From positions 96,001 to 160,000 of the forward strand of contig CAWFAD010000016.1 in NCBI GenBank assembly GCA_963813815.1: a DNA stretch of 64,000 bases, read 5' to 3'. Positions 55,189-64,000 of this stretch are shown here, in pieces. The notes beneath the pieces are model-generated. The model saw only the letters and a program-made list of their open reading frames with translations. It was not told the origin of the DNA and searched no databases. Numbering within the stretch: position 1 is the stretch's first letter; every line of letters begins with the position of its first letter. Source of the stretch: an uncultured bacterium (GTDB taxonomy: Bacteria > Krumholzibacteriota > Krumholzibacteriia > Krumholzibacteriales > Krumholzibacteriaceae). The position numbers and the translations under genes were made by a program.

Positions 55189-57702
55189 TTACCAAGGGCC
55201 GTCCTTGAGCTCGGGGCGCTCTATGACGGGCAGGAGCACGTGGGAAGGATGCTCCGCGTCGTGATAGATGCGCTGCTCCGCCCGAACGTGCTTCGTGCTC
55301 TTCTCGTTGTGCTTGCCGGTATTGAGGTTACGGGAAAAGGTCGGGAAGGCGGCCGAGGCGACCTCGACGCGGAGCTTCCTGCCCCGCGGGATCATGATGC
55401 CCGTTTGCCAGAGGTCGAGGCGGTACTCGCAGATTTCGCCCGGCCGCAGCAGCTTCGGTTTCGAGAACGATTCGCGGAAGCGAGCCCGGATCGTGCCGTG
55501 AACGAGCGGGAAGACGTTTCCCTTCTCGTCGATCTCCGAGAGACGCATGAACCAGTCGGTGTCCTTCGCCGAGGAGCTCGCGTAGAGAACGGCCGAGACG
55601 GGGCCCGCGATGACGAGCGAGTCGGTGAGCGGCTCGGTGTCGTACACGAGGATGTCGCGGCGCGTCTCGTCGATCGTGCGGTAGTAGCGAAGCGACGCGC
55701 TCCCGCTCCGCCTCCGTCGAGATGGCCGTCGTCGAGTCGCGGGCGCCCTCCGGCGGCGAGGTCGCTTTCGTCCGTGTAGAAGCCCGGATCGGGCGTCGGA
55801 TCGCCGGGATCGTAGACGAACGTGTCGAACGGCGCGACCCCGGGGAAGGGCGCGTCGAAGCCGAGCCAGCCGTTTCCCTTCGAGGTGTTCGCCGAGCCGC
55901 TGCTCAGGAGATGCAGCCGGGTGAATTTCGTTTCCGGGAGCGGGTAGTCGGGGCCCGTGATCCAGCGGTTCGCGTTCATCACGAAGAGCGCGACCGAGCG
56001 GCTCGCGGTCGACGCCGTTGTCGATCGCCCTTGAGCCAGCGGTCGAGCCAGCGCAGGTAGCTCGCCTCGAGATCGACGTGGCGTTCGGGCCGAAGTCTCG
56101 CTCTCCGGGGCCCATGCGCGTCGCCGCGTCCGTGTGTCCCCACGGGCCGAGCACGAGCTTTTGCCCGCCGTGGCCCGCCTCGCGCATCGCGAGGTAGTTG
56201 AGCTTCGAGCCGATCCCGTCCCCGTCGAACCATCCCGATTGATGATAGACGGGCACCGCGGCGCCGCCGAGCCGCGAGAGGAAGCTCGCGCGCTGCCAGT
56301 ACGCGTCGTTCGCGGGGTGGTCGATCCACTCGCGCCAGTACTTGTTCTTCTTGCCGAGGACCTTTTTGTCGAGATCGATCACGGGAAGGCCGCGGAGGAG
56401 CTTCGCGTAGTTCTTGTCGCCGATCTCGGAGAGGGCCTTGCCGGAGAGGTCCGCGGTCGCCTCCTTCTCGAGCACGTCGGCCCACCAGATCGCCCCGAGG
56501 AGGAAGAACGAGCCGTATTCGTAGGGGATGTTGAACCACGGATCGGGAGGCGCCACGTTCGGAATGATCGCGGCGAGATGCGGCGGCGCCTCGCGAGCCG
56601 CCCACCACTGCACCCAGCCGAGGTACGAGCCGCCGATCATTCCCACCTTGCCGCTCGACCAGGGCCGCTCCGCGAGCCATTCGATCGTGTCGTACCCGTC
56701 GTGGGGCTCGTCGAAGAAGGGGTTCCAGGTCCCCTCCGAGTCGAATCGCCCGCGGCAGTCCTGCACGGCGAACGCGTAGCCGCGCCTCGCGTAGAAGCGC
56801 GCCTTGAGCTCCTGCATGCTTCTCGCGTAGGGCGTGCGGATGAGGATGACGGGGGCGCGCTCGACGCCGAGCGGGCGGTAGATGTCCGTCGCGAGCCTCA
56901 CGCCGTCGCGCATGGGGATCATGACGCCCCGCTCGACCTCGACGTCGTGCTCCGGCTTCGAGAGGAGCGAATCCTCGGACGGCGCGAGACGAAGGATTTC
57001 GTACCCGTCCCGGACGTAGGCGGCGCGCTGCGCCGGCACGTCGGCGAGGCAGATTCTTCCGGCGGCGTCCGCCCAGATCGTGATGTCGACGCCGGGAAGG
57101 CCGTACCGGTAGACGGTGAAGGTCTCGAGCCGGCCGCCGAAGAAGCGCTCCGCCGTCTCGAGTCGCTCGAGGGTCGCGTCCATGAGGAGGGCCGGCACTA
57201 TGAAAACGGGGATCGTCTGCGAGCCGCCCCTCTCGCCGTCGTACGCGGCGACCGCCTGACTCATGAGGGCGGGCGTGTTGTTCTCGAAGAGAACGGTCCC
57301 GGGCTTGAGCGCGACGGTGCGGGATTGCCCCTGCGAAGCGACGGTCGCGGTCAGGCCTTCGCGGACGACCGTCACGTCGCCGCGCGGGCTCGCGATCGCG
57401 ATCTTCGTCCAGAGGCCGAGCGAGTCGACCTCGATCCCCATCGAGGCCGAGACGGTCTGCCCGCCGAGCGAGATCGCGTACTCGTTCGTCATGGCTCCGC
57501 CGGGGAGCCATTTCGTGTCGATCCGCACGAGGGACTCCTCGTTGACGTAAATGGCGAACCTGCCGACGTCCTCGAGAATGTTCAGCGGGAACACCGCTCC
57601 CGAAAGGGTGTCGGCGCCCGAGGCGGCGAGCGTCCGGGCGGCGGAGGCCGGAACGAGGAGCGACAGGGCCGCCGCCGCGGCGAGCGAGAGGATTCTCTTC
57701 AT
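55189..57702 (-). CDS. CocE/NonD family exported serine hydrolase, with compensating indels around 55690-56085
   Basis: [33 protein letters not shown] (nucleophile), GWFD, GPWGH and YDPGDPTP (in a shifted frame), plus a PepX-type C-terminal domain. Confidence 0.92.
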   Translation of the reverse strand: MKRILSLAAAAALSLLVPASAARTLAASGADTLSGAVFPLNILEDVGRFAIYVNEESLVRIDTKWLPGGAMTNEYAISLGGQTVSASMGIEVDSLGLWTKIAIASPRGDVTVVREGLTATVASQGQSRTVALKPGTVLFENNTPALMSQAVAAYDGERGGSQTIPVFIVPALLMDATLERLETAERFFGGRLETFTVYRYGLPGVDITIWADAAGRICLADVPAQRAAYVRDGYEILRLAPSEDSLLSKPEHDVEVERGVMIPMRDGVRLATDIYRPLGVERAPVILIRTPYARSMQELKARFYARRGYAFAVQDCRGRFDSEGTWNPFFDEPHDGYDTIEWLAERPWSSGKVGMIGGSYLGWVQWWAAREAPPHLAAIIPNVAPPDPWFNIPYEYGSFFLLGAIWWADVLEKEATADLSGKALSEIGDKNYAKLLRGLPVIDLDKKVLGKKNKYWREWIDHPANDAYWQRASFLSRLGGAAVPVYHQSGWFDGDGIGSKLNYLAMREAGHGGQKLVLGPWGHTDAATRMGPGERDFGPNATSISRRATCAGSTAGSRAIDNGVDREPLGRALRDEREPLDHGPRLPAPGNEIHPAASPEQRLGEHLEGKRLARLRRALPRGRAVRHVRLRSRRSDARSGLLHGRKRPRRRRAPATRRRPSRRRRSGSASLRYYRTIDETRRDILVYDTEPLTDSLVIAGPVSAVLYASSSAKDTDWFMRLSEIDEKGNVFPLVHGTIRARFRESFSKPKLLRPGEICEYRLDLWQTGIMIPRGRKLRVEVASAAFPTFSRNLNTGKHNEKSTKHVRAEQRIYHDAEHPSHVLLPVIERPELKDGPW

Positions 57703-57874
57703 TCTCCACAACTCCTTTGTCGAGACCGGGTTTGTTTGCGGCATTACAGCGCGCCGGGGCCGTTCATTCGATTCGCGCCCGGAGCCGGATTTTCCGATTG
57801 ACGGCGCCGGGTTAATGGGTATATTTTACACACTCTTGACGCTGTAACAAATTATATATCGGAGGCGAGGGAAC

Positions 57875-59599
<1,725 letters not shown>

Positions 59600-59620
59600 C
59601 GTGAGAACGAGGAGAGATTG

Positions 59621-60796
59621 ATGCGATTCTTCCAGAAGACCAATATCGACTTCGTCGGCTTCCGGTACAAAGCCTTCATCCTGTCGGCGGTCGTCATCGC
59701 CGCCGGCCTCGTCTCCATGATCGCGAAGGGCGGCCTCAAGCTCGGCGTCGATTTCGTCGGAGGCACGATCATTCAGATGCGCTTCGACGAGCCGGTCCCG
59801 ATCGCCGATATGCGGGAGGTCATGACGCGCGCCGGATACGCCAAGGCCGAGATACAGGAGTTCGGCGACGACAACGAGTTCATCATCAGGATCGAGAGCG
59901 TCGGCGAGGCGGCGGACGCCTCGGCGCTCATCGGCGAGTGGCTCGCCGCGGCCGCGCCCGGACGCAACTGGCGCGTCGTCTCCTCCCGCGAGCAGGCGCC
60001 CGATCCCGCCATGAATTTCGACGGGGCGACGCTCGTCGTGGTCGAGGCCGACTCGCTTCCGGCGCTCGACGGCCTCGTCGAGGCGCTCCGGAGCGCCGGG
60101 CACGGCGTGCTCGACGCGACGTCGGAGACCTCGACGCGCGCGGCGTTCCGCCTCCCGCTCCTCGGGGCCGAGGCGAAGGTGGCCGACGAGATCAAGGCCG
60201 AGCTCGCCAAGGAGTTTCCCGAACGGGCGATCGAGGTCAGACGGACCGAAACCGTGGGCCCGAAGATCGGCAAGGAGCTCGCCAACCGCGCCTGGGCCGC
60301 GATCGTCGTCTCGCTCTTCGGCATCCTCGTGTACGTGTCGTGGCGGTTCGAGTTCAAGTTCGCGATCGGCGCGATCATCGCGCTCGCGCACGACGTGCTC
60401 GTGACCGTGGGCATTTTCTCGATCCTCAACAAAGAAATCTCGCTCGTCATCGTGGCGGCGCTGCTCACGATCGTCGGGTATTCGATCAACGACACGATCG
60501 TCGTGTTCGACCGCATTCGCGAGAACTTCGGCCTTCGGCGCCGCGAGTCGTACGAGGGGATGATCAACGTCTCGGTTAACGAAACCCTGAGCCGCACGAT
60601 CATCACGGCGGGCACGACCCTGCTCGCGGTGATATTTCTCCTCGTCTTCGGCGGCGAGGTCATCCACGATTTCGCGCTCGCCATGACGATCGGGCTCGTC
60701 ACCGGAACGTATTCGTCGGTCTTCATCGCGAGCGCGCTCGTCGTCGAGTGGCAGAACCGCATCACGATGCGCCGCAAGGCGGTGCCGGCGGCGTAG
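59621..60796 (+). CDS. secF: Protein translocase subunit SecF
   Basis: GVDFVGG, TVGPKIG, LAHD, GYSINDTIVVFDRIRE and GTYSSVFIA motifs. Confidence 0.97.
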   Translation: MRFFQKTNIDFVGFRYKAFILSAVVIAAGLVSMIAKGGLKLGVDFVGGTIIQMRFDEPVPIADMREVMTRAGYAKAEIQEFGDDNEFIIRIESVGEAADASALIGEWLAAAAPGRNWRVVSSREQAPDPAMNFDGATLVVVEADSLPALDGLVEALRSAGHGVLDATSETSTRAAFRLPLLGAEAKVADEIKAELAKEFPERAIEVRRTETVGPKIGKELANRAWAAIVVSLFGILVYVSWRFEFKFAIGAIIALAHDVLVTVGIFSILNKEISLVIVAALLTIVGYSINDTIVVFDRIRENFGLRRRESYEGMINVSVNETLSRTIITAGTTLLAVIFLLVFGGEVIHDFALAMTIGLVTGTYSSVFIASALVVEWQNRITMRRKAVPAA

Positions 60797-60803
60797 GAGC
60801 CGG

Positions 60804-61304
60804 ATGCACTCGATCGGGCTCGTCGCTCTCTACGGAGCGTTGCTCCTCGCGAACCTGCTCATCTTCGTGGGGCTCCCCGGAAGCTGGGTCGCATTCGCCG
60901 TCATACTCATTTACTCGATCGCGACGCGGTTCGCCGTCGTGGGCTGGCCCATGCTGCTCCTCATGGCCGGCGTCGGCGTCGCGGGCGAGATCGTCGAGTC
61001 GCTCCTCGGGCTCGTCTACGTCGCGCGCAAGGGCGCGACGAGGTGGGGAGTGTTCGGGGCGTTCGCCGGCGGTCTCGCGGGCGCCCTCCTCGGGACGGCG
61101 ATCATGCCGGTGCTCGGGAGCGTGCTGTTTGCGTTCCTCGGCGCTTTCGGCGGGGCGGTGCTGCTGGAGTACGCCCGGTACCGCTCGCTCGACCGCGCTC
61201 TCCAGACCGGATTCTTCGCCTTCGTGGGGAAGCTCCTCGCCTCGCTCGTCAAGTTCGCGCTGGGGCTCGTCGTGCTCGCTCTATTCATCTATCGCACCTG
61301 GTGA
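60804..61304 (+). CDS. DUF456 family membrane protein
   Basis: LPG after TM1, GATRWG.FGA..G, Gly-rich TM helices and FLGAFGGAVLLE. Confidence 0.8.
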   Translation: MHSIGLVALYGALLLANLLIFVGLPGSWVAFAVILIYSIATRFAVVGWPMLLLMAGVGVAGEIVESLLGLVYVARKGATRWGVFGAFAGGLAGALLGTAIMPVLGSVLFAFLGAFGGAVLLEYARYRSLDRALQTGFFAFVGKLLASLVKFALGLVVLALFIYRTW

Positions 61305-61406
61305 TCGCCCCGGCGCCTGCCCACTAATCAGGACGCCATTCCACAAAAGTGGACATTGCCGCCGAGAGCGGCCGCGGCTAACTCGTTTAGATTCAATAAA
61401 ATAATG

Positions 61407-61421
61407 TGGCATGCGACTTGC
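61407..61421 (+). promoter_or_regulatory. Putative sigma54 (-24/-12) promoter
   Basis: TGGCATGCGACTTGC fits TGGCAYG-N4-TTGC and is preceded by an AT-rich IHF-like stretch. Confidence 0.6.
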
Positions 61422-61503
61422 GAATATTCATGCGGGAAAATGCGCCCGCGAGGGGTTAGGTGTCTTCGGTCCGCGGGGCGCTCCCGAAGGAAGGTCGCCA
61501 GTC

Positions 61504-61983
61504 ATGCTCCGGAGTCTCGCCGCCTACGCCGTTCTCGCCGCGATCCTCGCGGCTCCTCTCCCGGGAGCGTCGGCTTCTCAGGAAAGAGACAGCGGCGCGG
61601 CCGAGCCGGCCGCCGGGGAGCCGCTCGCCGTTTTCGGGATTTTCGAAAAGGCGTGGCGGGAGGGGAACGCGCAGGCCCTCTCCGCGATCGCGAGCGATTC
61701 CCCGATCCTTCTCGACGTGCGGGGCCTCGAGCGGCAGGGCGGCTACTTCACGAAGGCCCAGCTCTACTACATCCTGAAGGAGATGTTCGCCGGCACGAAT
61801 CAAATGACTTTCCGGTTCGTGAAGTTTCACAACATCGACGAGCGGGATGTGCGCGTGTACGGGATCGCGCAGAGGAGCTACCGCGTCAAGCGCAGCGGCG
61901 GGATCTTCAGGGACAAGGTGTATGTGGCGCTCGTCAGGGAGGGATCGCGCTGGGCGGTGGCGGAGATCAAGTCGGCGTGGTGA
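61504..61983 (+). CDS. Small exported hypothetical protein (DUF4783/NTF2-like)
   Basis: Signal peptide after GGAAGG; W..GNAQAL...YFTKAQLYYILKEMF...VYVALVREGSRWAVAEI pattern. Confidence 0.7.
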   Translation: MLRSLAAYAVLAAILAAPLPGASASQERDSGAAEPAAGEPLAVFGIFEKAWREGNAQALSAIASDSPILLDVRGLERQGGYFTKAQLYYILKEMFAGTNQMTFRFVKFHNIDERDVRVYGIAQRSYRVKRSGGIFRDKVYVALVREGSRWAVAEIKSAW

Positions 61984-62014
61984 CCGTAGCCGAAGGCCTC
62001 GGAGCCGTGAAACC

Positions 62015-64000
62015 GTGCAACACGATAGAGAACACAAGATCTTCCTCGCCCTGCTGTGGGTTTTTCTCCTCTGCTCGCTGATCTATTTCACCGTCAGCCT
62101 TTCCTCGGGCAGCCTCTTTCTGCCGCTCACGGTCTGGTATCTCCTGCTCTTCCTCTCCGCGGGATTCGTCGTCTTTCTCTTCCTGCCGCATGCCGGGCGC
62201 TCCGTCCCCGGGGTGCCGGGGCGGTACGAGGAGACGCTCCGCGCCCACCGCTGGTATCCGTCCACGCTGCCGGAGATCGTCGACGGCCGCTCCGGCGGGC
62301 CGCCGCCGTCGAACGGCGTGCTGCCGCCTCCGAGGGCGATCCCCTTCGTGCCGCTCGTGCCCTTGCTGTTGCTCGCGGTCTGCGTTCTCCTCGCGTATCC
62401 GGGCGGCCCGGACGAGTCGGTCTGGCGCACGCGGGAGACCGCGCGGCTCGAGGGGGTCTACGATCGGGCCCGATCCGAAATCGTCGCGGTGGAGGGCAGG
62501 GCGCTCGAGCTCGCGGAGCGAACGGCTGCCCGCCTCGATTGGGCCTGCGCCGAGAGCGATTCGACGGAGCTGCGCGCCGCGGCCATGTCGATGGTCGACT
62601 CCCTCGCCCGCGCGGCCGGCCGTTCCGGCGGGTCCCTTCCCGAGGGAGGTATACAGGCGATTCGCCCGGATGGGGCGCTGCTCGCGTGGGGCGGCTCTCC
62701 CCGCTATTTCGAGAGCGATCGTCCCGACGTCCCGGATTCGGTCCGCGTCTTTATGGCGCGGACCCCGCTCTACACGCTCCTCGTGGCGGAGACGCGCGCG
62801 CCGGGCGGAGAGGGGCGCGTCGTCGTCGACATTCCGCTCGAGGTCAACTACCGGATCAACAATAGATTTCTCCGCAGCACGAGCCTCGGGGACCTCCTGT
62901 CGAGGCGCCTCGGGGAGGACGTCGAGATCAATTTCTCGGCGGGGGAGCACGGCGGCTTCGTGCCGTGGCGCGATCGCGATCTGCTGATCGAGGAGACGCG
63001 CGTCGTCACGGGCCCGAACGCCGGCGTGCAGATCATCGGCGCCGTGCGTTCGACGACGGGGCTTCCGCTCGCGCGGCTCCGGGTCAAGGGGCGGCCTTTC
63101 GATGCCGCCATGCTGGAGCGCGAGGGGCGGCGGAGCCTCTGGGCGCGCCTCGCGCTGTCGCTCGCGATCGTCGTGAGCGCCGTTTGGATCTATTCGATCT
63201 ACTGCAAGCGCGCGGCGCGCGAGGGGAAGCGGGGCGCGGTGTTCGCGCGGCGCGTCGTCGTGCTCGCCGCCTTCGTCGTTCTCATCCGGTACGCCCTCCT
63301 GCGTCTCAAAATTCCGGGCGCGCTCTTCGAGAAAACGGCGGTCTTCGATCCGATGTTCTTCGCGGACGCCCTGCCCGGCGGCTTTCTCAGGAACGCCGGG
63401 GAATATCTCATCACCGCGACGTTCGGGCTCATTCTCGTCTTCGGCGTCATCAAGAGCTTCCGGACGTATTACCCCGGCCGGCTCGAGCGGCCGCTCGCGG
63501 GAGGCGGCGCCGCGAGCGCGCCCCGCGCCGCGGCCAAGGCGGCGCTCGTCTTCGCCATTCTCGCGGCGTCGCTCAAGCTCTCGGGCGGCGCGATCATGCG
63601 AGGCGTCGTCAACTCCCCGCAGCGGCTCGTCGGATTCGAGGTCCGGTTCGCCGATCCGACGGTCATCGCGCTCCATCTTTCCTTTCTTTTCGCCGTCTCC
63701 GCCTTTTTCATCTCGGCGCTGTTTCTCGCGCGGCTCGTGCTCGCGTGGAGGGGAGGAGGGCGGACCGAGAGGATCGCCGCCTTGGCCGCCGCGGTGATCG
63801 GGGTCGCCGCGCTCGCGCCGGCCGGCGCCCTCGGAACGGGAGGCTGGCCGCTCGCTCTCGCCGCGGCGGGGCTCGCCGTGCTCGCGCTTCGCATCTTCCC
63901 GCTGCTCCGCAAGGAAGAGACGGTATCGGTCGTCTTCGCGTCCTTCTTCCTCGTGCTCCTCGCGACGGCCGTCATCTATGCGGTCGCGAGCGACGCCTAC
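62015..64000 (+). CDS. Large polytopic membrane protein, possibly the N-terminus of a sensor histidine kinase (runs off the window)
   Basis: Frame from GTG 62015 (VQHDREHKIFLALLWVF...) with no stop seen, many TM helices and a periplasmic loop. It is missing from the ORF track, presumably because it has no stop. No kinase domain is visible in the window. Confidence 0.7.
   Translation, partial: MQHDREHKIFLALLWVFLLCSLIYFTVSLSSGSLFLPLTVWYLLLFLSAGFVVFLFLPHAGRSVPGVPGRYEETLRAHRWYPSTLPEIVDGRSGGPPPSNGVLPPPRAIPFVPLVPLLLLAVCVLLAYPGGPDESVWRTRETARLEGVYDRARSEIVAVEGRALELAERTAARLDWACAESDSTELRAAAMSMVDSLARAAGRSGGSLPEGGIQAIRPDGALLAWGGSPRYFESDRPDVPDSVRVFMARTPLYTLLVAETRAPGGEGRVVVDIPLEVNYRINNRFLRSTSLGDLLSRRLGEDVEINFSAGEHGGFVPWRDRDLLIEETRVVTGPNAGVQIIGAVRSTTGLPLARLRVKGRPFDAAMLEREGRRSLWARLALSLAIVVSAVWIYSIYCKRAAREGKRGAVFARRVVVLAAFVVLIRYALLRLKIPGALFEKTAVFDPMFFADALPGGFLRNAGEYLITATFGLILVFGVIKSFRTYYPGRLERPLAGGGAASAPRAAAKAALVFAILAASLKLSGGAIMRGVVNSPQRLVGFEVRFADPTVIALHLSFLFAVSAFFISALFLARLVLAWRGGGRTERIAALAAAVIGVAALAPAGALGTGGWPLALAAAGLAVLALRIFPLLRKEETVSVVFASFFLVLLATAVIYAVASDAY

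Overview
This is a high-GC bacterial chromosomal window. Two secreted proteins end in PNPFNP...SGIYF FlgD-Ig/T9SS-type tails, which suggests an FCB-related lineage such as Krumholzibacteriota, Latescibacterota or Eisenbacteria (inference). Positions 1.1-28.7 kb form one long + strand housekeeping/envelope run: moxR, DUF58, BatA/VWA, mfd, three PPIases including surA, an S4 protein, pdxA, ftsEX, envC, holB, ricT, metG, a tatD-radical SAM fusion, rsmA, an outer-membrane barrel, three paralogous lipoproteins, a YibQ-like protein and pdxJ. An AT-richer block at 28.7-34.3 kb encodes a GT-C-like membrane protein and a large secreted papain-like/gingipain(C25)-like protein. After it come a 57-aa membrane protein missed by the ORF track, an XRE regulator with a conserved hypothetical gene, DUF169, divergent ald/gdhA, corA, and a DUF4912-GH57-GH57-ligA operon. 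The window ends with a second CTD-tagged secreted protein, a 15-aa repeat protein, an octaheme cytochrome c lipoprotein, a fasciclin lipoprotein, a CocE/NonD hydrolase, secDF, DUF456, a small exported protein behind a sigma54-type promoter and a truncated polytopic membrane protein. About nine genes, several of them housekeeping, carry single-base indels, most likely assembly errors. I found no rRNA, tRNA, CRISPR array, integrase or transposase.
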